Source of the DNA: Cyanophyceae cyanobacterium
Lineage (GTDB): Bacteria > Cyanobacteriota > Cyanobacteriia > Cyanobacteriales > Laspinemataceae
Length of the DNA: 64,000 nt
Direction: 5' to 3'
Assembly (NCBI GenBank): GCA_038321985.1
Contig: JBBQFN010000008.1
Location: forward strand, 1 to 64,000
Shown here: positions 31,479 to 41,747 of the stretch, piece after piece
Layout of the letters: every line of letters begins with the position of its first letter
How positions within the stretch are numbered: position 1 is the stretch's first letter
Made by a program: the position numbers and the translations under genes
Notes under the pieces: model-generated
Told to the model about the DNA's origin: nothing
Seen by the model: the letters and a program-made list of their open reading frames with translations, nothing else
Database searches by the model: none

Positions 31479-32039
31479 TTGACCAATCTGCGCTCCACTA
31501 CTAGCATAATGTTAAAGTTTTTGAGAACAAAAATGCTCCGACGACCGGGACGGCGATCGCCCCTGGTCCTATTTCTATTGCTCCTCTTCTGGAGTGTTGT
31601 GATTTCATGGCAACTTGCCGAGGCGATCGAACCCCCTGGGATCACCACCGTAGATCCAGTTCCCGAAAGCTTGCAACTCGGACAAGAATTGTACCTCAAT
31701 AACTGCGCTACTTGCCATATCGCCGTTCCTCCCGCGGTCCTCCCTACCGAAAGCTGGAGGGACATCATCCAGGATACCAGCCACTACGGCATCGAAATCC
31801 CCCCTTTAGTAGATCCGGGCCGCCTAGTGATTTGGAATTACCTGAGACTCTTCTCTCGCCTCCAAACACGCGATACGGCCATCCCCTATCGCATCCGCGA
31901 CTCCAACTATTTTAAAGCCCTTCATCCCCGGGTCCAACTCCCTGATTCCCTCACCCTCAGAACCTGCATCCAATGCCATCCTGGAACCGAACAATACAAT
32001 TTTCGCAGCCTAACCCCCGAATGGGAGAATGCTGAGTAA
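31479..32039 (+). CDS. Diheme cytochrome c (DHC-type); start may be ATG 31509 or 31533
   Basis: Signal/TM segment, CATCH and CIQCH heme motifs, LP.ESW..I....HYG. Confidence 0.85.
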   Translation: MTNLRSTTSIMLKFLRTKMLRRPGRRSPLVLFLLLLFWSVVISWQLAEAIEPPGITTVDPVPESLQLGQELYLNNCATCHIAVPPAVLPTESWRDIIQDTSHYGIEIPPLVDPGRLVIWNYLRLFSRLQTRDTAIPYRIRDSNYFKALHPRVQLPDSLTLRTCIQCHPGTEQYNFRSLTPEWENAE

Positions 32040-32051
32040 CGAAAGGAGGAA

Positions 32052-32077
32052 GGATGAGGGATTTCCAACCCTCATCC
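32052..32077. terminator. Hairpin after the cytochrome gene
   Basis: GGATGAGGG/CCCTCATCC 9-bp stem with a weak T-tail. Confidence 0.45.
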
Positions 32078-32196
32078 GTTCGGTAGAAATGATAAAATTC
32101 ATATCAGTTCAAACTCCCGTCAGCCAACCTCTGTAAAATACGGGACATAAAACTGGCTGAATCAAACCCTCTTAAAAGTAGCGCTACTGTCCTGAT

Positions 32197-35010
32197 ATGC
32201 TTAAAAATCTGCTAGGCGACCCCAACGCACGCAAGTTAAAAAAATATCAACCCCTCGTCGTTGATATCAATCTCCTTGAAGAAGAAATCCAGACCCTAAG
32301 CGATGACCAACTAACGGCTAAGACAGCAGAATTTAAAGAAAAGCTATCAAAAGCCAAAACCATCGCTCAAGAAAAAGAGATTTTGGATGACATACTGCCG
32401 GAAGCGTTTGCGGTCGTGCGAGAAGCCGCTAGGCGGGTTTTGGGCATGAGACACTTTGACGTGCAGTTGCTCGGGGGTACGATACTGCACGAGGGGCAGA
32501 TTGCGGAAATGAAAACCGGGGAAGGGAAAACCCTTGTTTCCACCTTACCCGCTTACTTAAATGCATTGAATGGCAAAGGTGTTCATGCCGTCACCGTGAA
32601 CGACTATCTCGCGCGACGGGATGCGGAATGGATGGGACAAGTGCATCGGTTCCTCGGTTTATCCGTGGGACTGATTCAACAGGGGATGTCCCCCACAGAA
32701 CGCAAAAAAAACTACGGTTGCGATATCACCTACTGCACGAACTCCGAACTCGGGTTTGACTACCTGCGGGATAACATGGCAACCTCGATGGCAGAAGTGG
32801 TGCAACGTCCCTTCAACTACTGCATCATCGACGAAGTGGATTCGGTGCTCGTTGATGAAGCGCGGACACCCTTGATTATTTCTGGACAAATTGAACGTCC
32901 CACTGAGAAATACACCCGCGCCACGGAGATTGCGATGGCGCTGACTACTGAGGAGCATTACGAGGTCGATGAAAAGGCCCGCAATATCCTGCTAACGGAC
33001 GAAGGATTTGCCCAAGCAGAGGAATTGTTGGGAGTGACGGACCTTTATGACCCGGCGGATCCTTGGGCGCACTACATCTTTAATGCGATTAAAGCTAAAG
33101 AACTGTTTATCAAGGATGTCAACTATATCGTCCGTCAGGATGAAGTGGTGATAGTAGATGAGTTTACCGGACGAGTGATGCCCGGACGTCGCTGGAGTGA
33201 TGGATTACACCAGGCGATCGAGGCAAAGGAACGAGTCGAAATCCAACCGGAAACTCAAACCCTGGCAACCATTACCTATCAAAACTTTTTCCTCCTGTAT
33301 CCTAAGTTAGCGGGGATGACCGGAACCGCCAAGACAGAAGAGGCAGAGTTTGAGCGAATTTATAACCTGCAAGTGACGGTGATTCCCACCAACCGATCGC
33401 TTCAGCGTTATGATATGTCCGACGTAGTGTATAAAAGCGAAGAAGGAAAATGGAAATCCATCGCCCAAGAATGTGCGGAAATGCACCAAGCGGGACGTCC
33501 GGTATTAGTCGGTACGACTAGCGTTGAAAAATCGGAGGTGCTCAGCAGACTGCTGAATCAACTGGAGATTCCTCACAACCTGCTCAATGCTAAACCGGAA
33601 AACGTAGAACGGGAATCAGAAATTGTCGCACAAGCAGGTCGTAAAGGTGCGGTTACGATCGCCACCAATATGGCGGGTCGCGGAACCGATATCATTCTCG
33701 GGGGTAATGCCGAATATATGGCCCGTCTCAAGGTGCGGGAATACCTGCTGCCTCGCATTGTGCGACCGGAGGAAGAAGGGGAGATAAATGCTGTTAAAGT
33801 CGCGGGGACTGATACACGCCATAAACCCGAAGGGTTTGCCACTACTTCTGACAAGAAAGTAAAAACTTGGAAAGTTTCACCGCAAATTTTCCCCACCCAA
33901 CTTTCTCGGGAAACGGAACAGCAACTCAAGGAAGCTGTAGAATTTTCTGTCCAGCAATATGGGGAACGAAAACTGGCGGAATTAGAGGCAGAAGATAAAG
34001 TGGCAGTCGCCTCGGAAAAAGCCCCTACGAACGACCCCGCAATTCAAAAACTCCGGGATATTTACAACCGAATTCGTGAAGAATACGAAGCCTTTACCAC
34101 CAGTGAACATCAAGAAGTGATCGAACTGGGTGGGTTGCACGTGATCGGCACTGAACGACACGAATCTCGCCGGATTGATAACCAATTACGGGGACGCGCC
34201 GGACGTCAAGGCGACCCCGGTTCTACTAAATTCTTCCTTAGCTTACAGGATAACTTATTGCGGATTTTCGGCGGTCAGCGCGTCGAGTCCATGATGAATA
34301 TGTTCCGGGTGGAAGAAGATATGCCGATCGAGTCTAAAATGCTGACTCGTTCCCTCGAAGGCGCACAAAAAAAGGTGGAAACCTACTACTACGACATCCG
34401 GAAACAGGTGTTTGAGTATGACGAAGTAATGAACAACCAACGGCGCGCCATCTATGCCGAACGACGCCGGGTACTCGAAGGATTAGACCTCAAAGAACAG
34501 GTGATCAAGTACGCCGAACAAACGATGGATGATATCGTGGAAGCCTACGTCAACCCGGATTTACCCTCGGAAGAATGGCAACTGGATCAAATGGTGGATA
34601 AGGTTAAAGAATTTGTGTATCTGTTAGCGGATTTGGAACCGAAACAACTGGAAGATTTATCGATTGAAGAAATCAAAACCTTCCTGCATGAACAAATCCG
34701 GATTGCTTACGACATGAAAGAAGCGCAAGTCGATCGCATTCAACCGGGACTGATGCGCCAAGCGGAACGGTTCTTTATTCTGCAACAAATAGATACGTTA
34801 TGGCGGGAACATTTGCAACAAATGGATGCCTTACGGGAATCGGTTGGGTTGCGGAGTTACGGTCAAAAAGATCCGTTGTTGGAGTATAAGAGTGAGGGGT
34901 ATGAGTTGTTCCTGGACATGATGACGGCGATCCGTCGGAATGTGGTCTATTCGTTGTTCCAATTCCAGCCGCAAATGCAACAAGCACAAGCTGCTGTGGC
35001 GGAACGGTAA
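32197..35010 (+). CDS. secA: Preprotein translocase ATPase SecA
   Basis: [53 protein letters not shown]. Confidence 0.99.
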   Translation: MLKNLLGDPNARKLKKYQPLVVDINLLEEEIQTLSDDQLTAKTAEFKEKLSKAKTIAQEKEILDDILPEAFAVVREAARRVLGMRHFDVQLLGGTILHEGQIAEMKTGEGKTLVSTLPAYLNALNGKGVHAVTVNDYLARRDAEWMGQVHRFLGLSVGLIQQGMSPTERKKNYGCDITYCTNSELGFDYLRDNMATSMAEVVQRPFNYCIIDEVDSVLVDEARTPLIISGQIERPTEKYTRATEIAMALTTEEHYEVDEKARNILLTDEGFAQAEELLGVTDLYDPADPWAHYIFNAIKAKELFIKDVNYIVRQDEVVIVDEFTGRVMPGRRWSDGLHQAIEAKERVEIQPETQTLATITYQNFFLLYPKLAGMTGTAKTEEAEFERIYNLQVTVIPTNRSLQRYDMSDVVYKSEEGKWKSIAQECAEMHQAGRPVLVGTTSVEKSEVLSRLLNQLEIPHNLLNAKPENVERESEIVAQAGRKGAVTIATNMAGRGTDIILGGNAEYMARLKVREYLLPRIVRPEEEGEINAVKVAGTDTRHKPEGFATTSDKKVKTWKVSPQIFPTQLSRETEQQLKEAVEFSVQQYGERKLAELEAEDKVAVASEKAPTNDPAIQKLRDIYNRIREEYEAFTTSEHQEVIELGGLHVIGTERHESRRIDNQLRGRAGRQGDPGSTKFFLSLQDNLLRIFGGQRVESMMNMFRVEEDMPIESKMLTRSLEGAQKKVETYYYDIRKQVFEYDEVMNNQRRAIYAERRRVLEGLDLKEQVIKYAEQTMDDIVEAYVNPDLPSEEWQLDQMVDKVKEFVYLLADLEPKQLEDLSIEEIKTFLHEQIRIAYDMKEAQVDRIQPGLMRQAERFFILQQIDTLWREHLQQMDALRESVGLRSYGQKDPLLEYKSEGYELFLDMMTAIRRNVVYSLFQFQPQMQQAQAAVAER

Positions 35011-35063
35011 AGCGGCAGGTTGATAAAGAAACCGTGTTCCAAATTCCAATGCGCGGACAAAGA

Positions 35064-35161
35064 GGACCCCACCCTAACCCTCCCCTTGGCAAGGGGAGGG
35101 GACAAGAGGTAGCTAAAATTCCGGTCCCCCCCCTTAGCAAGGGGGGGCAAGGGGGGGTTCC
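35064..35161. repeat. Pair of inverted REP-like palindromic units
   Basis: CCCTCCCCTTGGCAAGGGGAGGG and CCCCCCCTTAGCAAGGGGGGG hairpins with C-rich and G-rich outer tails, between secA and pyrD. Confidence 0.7.
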
Positions 35162-35216
35162 ACTGTTGCGGAAAACCCTCCTAAAACTCTTTTAAAATTA
35201 CCTAACATCTGTAACC

Positions 35217-36353
35217 TTGGATATTTATAAAACTCTACTACGTCCGATTATTTTTTCGGGGGTGCAACCGGATCCGGAGTGGTGGCATCATCAAACGATG
35301 GTGGTGATGGAGTGGTTGAATCAGAATCGCGATCGCGCCACCATTAGCACGATTTTGTCCCAATTACATCACAGTTCTACGGTGGTTGATACGCGGTTAG
35401 AACAAACTCTGTGGGATATTAATTTTCCTAATCCGATTGGGTTGGCTGCGGGATTTGATAAGAATGGTACGGTTGGGGGAAGTTGGTCTAATTTAGGGTT
35501 TGGGTTTGCTGAATTGGGGACGGTGACGTTTCAGGCACAACCGGGTAATCCTCGTCCCCGGATGTTTCGGTTACCCCAGGATTTAGCGGTTATCAATCGT
35601 ATGGGGTTTAATAATAATGGTGCAGAAGCATTAGCAAAACGTCTCACGGATGATAAAGATAAAGGACAAATTACCTCGGTAAAACCGATTATTGGGATTA
35701 ATTTAGGCAAGTCTAAAATTACACCTTTAGAAGAAGCACCGGGGGATTATTTAGGCAGTTTTCGGCTGTTGAAGGAGTTCGGGGATTATTTTGTGGTGAA
35801 TGTGTCTTCGCCAAATACTCCAGGATTGCGATCGCTGCAAGAAGGGAAACAACTGGCGGAAATTTTAGATGCCTTGCAACAGGAGAATCAAGGGGTTAAA
35901 CCGATATTAGTTAAAATTGCCCCAGATTTGGAATGGGAAGCGATTTCCGAGGCGATAACCGTGGCTCAAACCTATCAACTGGCGGGGATGATTGCCACCA
36001 ATACGACGATTCGCCGGGATGGATTAAAAACCCAAACGATTAAGTTAACGGGTAATCCAGTGACGGAAGAAGCGGGAGGATTGAGTGGTGCACCATTAAG
36101 AGGGCGATCGACTGAAATTATCCGCTATATTCATCAACAAACCCAAGGACAAATGCCCATCATTGGAACCGGCGGAATTTTCACCGCAGAAGATGCCTGG
36201 GAAAAGATAACCGCAGGTGCTTGTTTGTTAGAAATTTATACAGGTTTGATTTATGAAGGACCCTGGATGGTCCGGCGAATTTTAAAAGGATTAGTGCAGA
36301 AATTAGAGGAGAATGGGTTAGGAAATATTGGTGAGGCAGTTGGCAGGAGTTAG
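35217..36353 (+). CDS. pyrD: Quinone-dependent dihydroorotate dehydrogenase
   Basis: GLAAGFDK, QPGNPRPR.FRL, INRMGFNN, NVSSPNTPGLR, KIAPDL, GGLSG. TTG start. Confidence 0.96.
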   Translation: MDIYKTLLRPIIFSGVQPDPEWWHHQTMVVMEWLNQNRDRATISTILSQLHHSSTVVDTRLEQTLWDINFPNPIGLAAGFDKNGTVGGSWSNLGFGFAELGTVTFQAQPGNPRPRMFRLPQDLAVINRMGFNNNGAEALAKRLTDDKDKGQITSVKPIIGINLGKSKITPLEEAPGDYLGSFRLLKEFGDYFVVNVSSPNTPGLRSLQEGKQLAEILDALQQENQGVKPILVKIAPDLEWEAISEAITVAQTYQLAGMIATNTTIRRDGLKTQTIKLTGNPVTEEAGGLSGAPLRGRSTEIIRYIHQQTQGQMPIIGTGGIFTAEDAWEKITAGACLLEIYTGLIYEGPWMVRRILKGLVQKLEENGLGNIGEAVGRS

Positions 36354-36496
36354 CGGTTGGGGAAAACAGGCCTTGGATCGTTGCGCTGAGGCATTCCTTC
36401 ATCAAGGGGAATTGAGATAAGCTAACTCTGCCCTAGGAATACTATCACCATTTATAATAAGGCTGAAAATCTCCAATTCTTGACCGGGGGACGGCG

Positions 36497-39400
36497 ATGG
36501 ATATTCTCACAGAGCGTCCAACAAGATTGTTGACCGCCAGTGCTTTAGTGGTTGGCGGGACGCTGTGCGGTGGTCCTTTAGGTGCGATAGGTACCATTGC
36601 CGCCTCAGTTGCTGCGGGTATCACCGCCAACGACATGGTTCCCCAGCATCTTAGCAATGTTGCCGTCCGCTTGCGTGGCAGTAGAGACAAGTTAAAGAAT
36701 CATGACTTGACGGCGGCGACGGGGTTCGCCATTGCCCTAATTATCAAAAGTATCGCTGAAGCGGGGACCTATCCAAACTCCACAAAAAAATTGGAAACCC
36801 TTGCCAAATATACAGTCAAAGCATGGCAGGGAGTCGCCTACAACCTGAAACAGGTAAAAGAGACCAATTTTGACCCCATCCAAGAAGCCAACCTGAGCAC
36901 GCTATTTCAAGGGGGAACGGCGGATTATGTGGGTCAAACCGTCTTGAAGCGAGAAGATTGGCACGACTTGTTAAACAGTTGGCTATGTCCTGGGGCTAAA
37001 GTGGAATTTCTGGATCATGTCTTGCAAGAAGTGGCGACACAGTTGCGGGATAAATTTGCTTTCGCCTTGCGGGAAGTGTTGAAAGCGGATTTTGAGGAGG
37101 GAGGGAAAGCTTTCGCCGGGTTGACTCTCTCCCTGCTGGGGGAAATGCGCGGCATTTTGCAGGAGTTGGCGGAGGGAAGTTCCCAGACACAGCGAGAAGA
37201 CTTAACAGCACACTTGGCGGTGGTGAAGCAACTGCGGCAGGAGTTGGAGGGAAATTCCCAACGGTTTCAGGCGTTGGGGGGACAGATTGAGTCCGGGTTT
37301 GAGGCGGTGTTGCAGGAGTTGGGCATCACTCGGGCAGCAATTGCCGAGATGCGGGGTTGGTTGCAGCAGGAATTACGGATTTTAGAAACAAAGGTTGACG
37401 GAATACAACACACCGTTGATGGAATACAACAGACTCTTGAAACAGGTTTAGAGAGGGTTATCAAGGGTATCGAGGGAGAAAAATCCCACATTCAAGCGAT
37501 TTCCTTCAGTTTGGATACTAACCCTCCCAAGGTGACCAACTGGCAGGGACGGGAGGGGGAATTGACTACCGTTAACCGTTGGTTGGATGATGAGAATACC
37601 AAACTCGGCGTCATTGTGGGGATGGCGGGGATGGGAAAATCTACCCTGGCGGCGAGGGTGTTTCGGGAACGGACGGACTTCGATGACAAACTGTGGGTGG
37701 ATTTGCGGCAGCGTCCACTTTATTCCATTGTAGCGAGAGGAATATTGAAGCAGTTGGGGAAACTCTCGTCTCAGGAGTTGGAACAAATTGAAGAAACTCG
37801 CCTAACCCAGGTGTTGGTGCACTGTCTGCAACGTCGCAGGTTTTTGCTGGTGTTGGATAATTTGGAATCCGTGTTGCAGGATGAGGGATATCAAGAGTTT
37901 TTGCAGCAGTGGGTGGGGTACTGTCACCACACGGAGATTCTAGTAACGACTCAAATTGTGCCGGATTTGGTGCAGGTCAAACCCACGGAATTAGCCTTAT
38001 CCGGACTGTTGCCAGAGAAGGGGGCGCAACTGTTGCAAGACTTGGGCGTGGGGGGAACCGATGCAGAATTGGCGGAATTTGTCACCCAGGTGAATGGACA
38101 TCCTTTGATTCTTACATTGGTGGCGGGGTTGTTGAATGATCGGGAGTTAGGCGAGGGGGCAACAAAAGCAGATTCGGCAGGGTTGGGAATCCCCGCTATG
38201 GGGGCATTGATATCTCGGTTGAAGGGAACCCATCGGGGGGAGTTGGTGCAGTTGGTGGCGGTGTTGGATGCCTGTTTTCAGCGGTTGTCCCAGGAGTCGC
38301 AACGGGTGTTGCTGTCTCTGGTGGTGTTGCGTCAAGGGTTTGATGCGGCGGTGGCGAGTGCCATGACTGGGAAGGCGGTGACGGAGAAGGAGTTGCGGGA
38401 GTTGGGGAAACGGGGATTTTTGGTGGCGGAGGCAGGGGGTTATACGTTCCAGCTGTTTATTGTGGACTATCTCAAGTTTAGGCTGGGGGACTTGCGGGAG
38501 GGGCATTTACGGGCGATCGAGTTTTATCAGAGTCGGTTGAAGTCTCGCAATGAGTGGGAGACAGTGGAGGATGTGCGGGAATATTTGGAGGTGTTTTATC
38601 ATCGGTGTGAGTTGGAGGAGTATGAGGCGGCGTTTGATGGGATTCGGGATGGAATTTATAGCGATAATTGTGTGGCTAGGTTTCTTGATTTACGGGGTAA
38701 CAATCAACTCCTTGCCGAACTCTACCAGCAACTAATCGACAATCTCACGAATCGGTACGATTGGCGATATACTGCCTCTTTAACATCGTTAGGTAACGCT
38801 TGTAATTCCCTGGGACTTTACAGCAAAGCGATCAACTTTCAAAAACAATCTCTGGAAATTTTCCGGAAAATCGGCGACAGACCGGGGGAAGCCACTTCTT
38901 TAGGCAATTTAGGTGACGATTACCATTCCATCGGACGCTACAACGAAGCCATCGACTTTCTCGAACAATCTCTGGAAATTTACCAAAAAATTGGCGACAG
39001 GGGGGGGGAAGCCACTTCTTTAAACAATTTAGGTAACGCTTACCATTTCCTCGGACGCTACAGTGAAGCGATCAACTTTTACAAAAAATCTCTGGAAAAT
39101 TTCCGGGGAATCAGCAACACAGAGGGGGAAGCCTATTCTTTAATGGGTTTAGGTAACGCTTCCAATGCCCTAGGACGCTACAGCGAAGCGATCGACTTTT
39201 ACGAACAATCTCTGAAAATTTTCCGGGAAATCAGCTACAGACAGGGGGAAGCCAATTCTTTAAATAATTTAGGGAACGCTTCCCATTCCCTGGGACGTTA
39301 CAGCAAAGCGATCGACTTTTATGAACAATCTTTAGAAATTTTTCGGGAAATCAGCTACAGACAGGGGGAAGCCTATTCTTTAAACAATTTAGGTGATGCT

Positions 39401-39778
39401 TACAATGCCCTGGGACGCTACAGCAAAGCGATCGACTTTCTTGAACAATCTCTGGAAATTAAACGGAAAATCGGAGACAGAAGGGGAGAAGCGATGAAAC
39501 TCTTGGCGTTAGTTGGTCTGTATCCCAAAGCAGGCAAAGTCCAAGAAGGTTTTACAGCTTTACAGCAAGCGACATTAATTTGGCAACAATCGGATTTACC
39601 TTTTGACGCTTACCCGCTTCCAAATTGGATGAAAAAATTGGCTAAATTCGCACAACGGGGTAAGTTTCATCTGATGGTGTGTTTTATGGGGGGCCTTGTC
39701 GCCTTTCCCTTTGCCCTGGTTTGGTTTATTGGATTAATCCTCTATCGTCTCATCCGTCACAGATTCAAGCCTCGCTAA
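36497..39778 (+). CDS. NLR-like STAND protein: unknown N-terminal domain, coiled coil, NB-ARC, TPR array, C-terminal hydrophobic helix
   Basis: Walker A GMAGMGKST, Walker B LLVLDNLE, GHPL motif, six 40-aa TPRs. Confidence 0.88.
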   Translation: MDILTERPTRLLTASALVVGGTLCGGPLGAIGTIAASVAAGITANDMVPQHLSNVAVRLRGSRDKLKNHDLTAATGFAIALIIKSIAEAGTYPNSTKKLETLAKYTVKAWQGVAYNLKQVKETNFDPIQEANLSTLFQGGTADYVGQTVLKREDWHDLLNSWLCPGAKVEFLDHVLQEVATQLRDKFAFALREVLKADFEEGGKAFAGLTLSLLGEMRGILQELAEGSSQTQREDLTAHLAVVKQLRQELEGNSQRFQALGGQIESGFEAVLQELGITRAAIAEMRGWLQQELRILETKVDGIQHTVDGIQQTLETGLERVIKGIEGEKSHIQAISFSLDTNPPKVTNWQGREGELTTVNRWLDDENTKLGVIVGMAGMGKSTLAARVFRERTDFDDKLWVDLRQRPLYSIVARGILKQLGKLSSQELEQIEETRLTQVLVHCLQRRRFLLVLDNLESVLQDEGYQEFLQQWVGYCHHTEILVTTQIVPDLVQVKPTELALSGLLPEKGAQLLQDLGVGGTDAELAEFVTQVNGHPLILTLVAGLLNDRELGEGATKADSAGLGIPAMGALISRLKGTHRGELVQLVAVLDACFQRLSQESQRVLLSLVVLRQGFDAAVASAMTGKAVTEKELRELGKRGFLVAEAGGYTFQLFIVDYLKFRLGDLREGHLRAIEFYQSRLKSRNEWETVEDVREYLEVFYHRCELEEYEAAFDGIRDGIYSDNCVARFLDLRGNNQLLAELYQQLIDNLTNRYDWRYTASLTSLGNACNSLGLYSKAINFQKQSLEIFRKIGDRPGEATSLGNLGDDYHSIGRYNEAIDFLEQSLEIYQKIGDRGGEATSLNNLGNAYHFLGRYSEAINFYKKSLENFRGISNTEGEAYSLMGLGNASNALGRYSEAIDFYEQSLKIFREISYRQGEANSLNNLGNASHSLGRYSKAIDFYEQSLEIFREISYRQGEAYSLNNLGDAYNALGRYSKAIDFLEQSLEIKRKIGDRRGEAMKLLALVGLYPKAGKVQEGFTALQQATLIWQQSDLPFDAYPLPNWMKKLAKFAQRGKFHLMVCFMGGLVAFPFALVWFIGLILYRLIRHRFKPR
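38768..39487 (+). repeat. Six tandem 120-bp TPR-coding repeats
   Basis: GAAGCC/GAAGCG anchors at 38888, 39008, 39128, 39248, 39368 and 39488. Confidence 0.93.
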
Positions 39779-39916
39779 TGTCAATCATATATCCAGCGTG
39801 ATATTTTGAAAGGCATTTTTCCAGAATCCCTCTCTTTTGGAGATAATTTTATAGCTTTAAAAAATTAATAAGTCAAAAACTTGATTAAGCGTCAGTCCTG
39901 CTGTTTTCTATTTTTA

Positions 39917-40483
39917 CTATAAATACAGCCATCCAAATAACTCTCGGGCTGATAGTTGCCAATCGGTTAATACGCTCAAAACGGGTAAAATATCATCACC
40001 GGTTTTGGCTTCGGGCGTTTGATTGGGTTGAAATATCATTACCGATTCATCCTCTGGATCGACTAACCATCCTAGCTGGGTTCCGTGATTTAGGCAAAAG
40101 ATAATTTTTCTAATCCCCCGATTTGCGGATTGTTCAGGTGATAAAATTTCAATCATCCAATCTGGTGCAATTGTCACTCTGTTATCTAATCTGCCATTCG
40201 CTTTTCGGGGAATCCGCTGCCATTCAAATACAACGATATCAGGAACAATAGAACTTCCGCCAAATGTACAGCGCAACTCGGTAAAGGCAGCAGCTATCTT
40301 AGGTGGTTTACCTATATTATTGATAGCGGACCCTAATTCAATTTGAATGGCGCTATGTTCGGTTTGTGGCATGGGTTTTTGATAAATTGCTCCATTGATA
40401 TAGTCACTGGCGGGTTTGGTTTCGGCTAACTGTAAGAATTCTTCTAGGGTAATGTCAGTGAGGGATTGAATTGCGGGAGTCAT
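39917..40483 (-). CDS. Uma2 family endonuclease
   Basis: PMP..EHS, ELRCTFGG.SIVPDI, PDW.IEILSP, GWLVDP. Confidence 0.92.
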   Translation of the reverse strand: MTPAIQSLTDITLEEFLQLAETKPASDYINGAIYQKPMPQTEHSAIQIELGSAINNIGKPPKIAAAFTELRCTFGGSSIVPDIVVFEWQRIPRKANGRLDNRVTIAPDWMIEILSPEQSANRGIRKIIFCLNHGTQLGWLVDPEDESVMIFQPNQTPEAKTGDDILPVLSVLTDWQLSARELFGWLYL

Positions 40484-40790
40484 AACGGTTTTCTCCTAAA
40501 CGGTTTGGGAATGTCTTCAGGGGTCTGGCTAGGGTAGGGGCTGTTAGGTAATATGGGGGTAACCGGATTCTCTTGTTAATTATAACTCCTTTTCTTTTAT
40601 TACCTCTGTTATGTTTAATCTTCCTTGATAGCATTGCCCTAACCAAATTTTAAATTTAATGAAATTAAACTGATTTTTTTTGAATGCTAGCATTAGCAAA
40701 TATAAACTTAATTTAAACAAATCAGCATAGAGTCCCCGGTTTCTGTCAATTCCCATTTGTCCAAAAGTTTGCTAAACTAGAGTTAATGTA

Positions 40791-41516
40791 ATGGTTAACC
40801 GGGCAGGCAATATGGTACAGAGTCAAACCTCGGATATTCCTATCTTTCCCCCCGGCGATTTATGGAGTGAGGAGCCACCATTGGAAAGTTATCGTCATCT
40901 GAAACAACTGCTGTTATTAGTGAGTTGTTTAGAACGGTTTTGGAAAAATCGCCAGGACTTCTTTGCAGCCGCCAATATGAGCGTCTATTACAGTACCCGC
41001 CAGCGCAAATCAGAAGAAATGCGGGGACCCGATTTTTTCGTGGTTCTGAATACGGAACGGCTAGAACGTAAAAGTTGGGTTGTCTGGGAAGAAGAGGGTA
41101 AATATCCGAATTTTATTATTGAGGTGCTTTCGGATAGTACCGCCAAAACCGATCGCGGTTTGAAAAAACAGCTTTATCAAGATGTTTGGCGCACTCCTGA
41201 TTACTTTTGGTTTGACCCCTATACCTTGGAATTTCAGGGATTTCACCTGATGAATGGGGAATATCAAGCCATTTCGGCCAATGACCAAGGATGGCTGTGG
41301 AGTGAACAATTGCAGCTTTATTTGGGGATTTTAGAGGAAAAGCTGCGGTTTTTCACCCCGGAAAGGCAACTGGTTCTGACCCCAGAGGAAGAAGCAGATG
41401 CTGAAGGGGTTCGTGTTCAGGAGGCGATCGCCCAAGTTGATATGGAACGCCAACGCAGCGCTATTTTTCGGCAAAAGCTGCAAGAACTGGGTATTAATCC
41501 AGATGAAATTACTTAA
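40791..41516 (+). CDS. Uma2 family endonuclease with coiled-coil tail; start may be 40812
   Basis: EPPLES..H, GPDFFVV, PNFIIEVLS.ST...DRG.KK, YFWFDP. Confidence 0.92.
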   Translation: MVNRAGNMVQSQTSDIPIFPPGDLWSEEPPLESYRHLKQLLLLVSCLERFWKNRQDFFAAANMSVYYSTRQRKSEEMRGPDFFVVLNTERLERKSWVVWEEEGKYPNFIIEVLSDSTAKTDRGLKKQLYQDVWRTPDYFWFDPYTLEFQGFHLMNGEYQAISANDQGWLWSEQLQLYLGILEEKLRFFTPERQLVLTPEEEADAEGVRVQEAIAQVDMERQRSAIFRQKLQELGINPDEIT

Positions 41517-41529
41517 TATTCTTCAAACT

Positions 41530-41567
41530 TAAAGATTCCGGATTTACTGGGTATTCCGGAATCTTTA
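41530..41567. terminator. 13-bp hairpin after the second Uma2 gene
   Basis: TAAAGATTCCGGA / TCCGGAATCTTTA. Confidence 0.6.
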
Positions 41568-41747
41568 GATTAGATGGCTCCGTCAAAAACTCTTGCCTTG
41601 AATGGGAAATGGTTAGGAGCAAAAGCCCCTATAAATGCAGGGTTTTCCCCGTTTATATAATAAAAAAAGGACTTAATTTTAAATATCTTGAGAATATCTA
41701 ATTTTTTAAAATTTGTTTTCAACGAAATTTATCTTTAAACACTCAAA

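Noticed and set aside
38768..39487. Possible DGR-type adenine mutagenesis in the TPR repeats (many changes at AAY codons)
   Set aside because: There is no reverse transcriptase or template repeat in the window, non-A changes also occur, and Asn-rich TPR binding positions explain the pattern.
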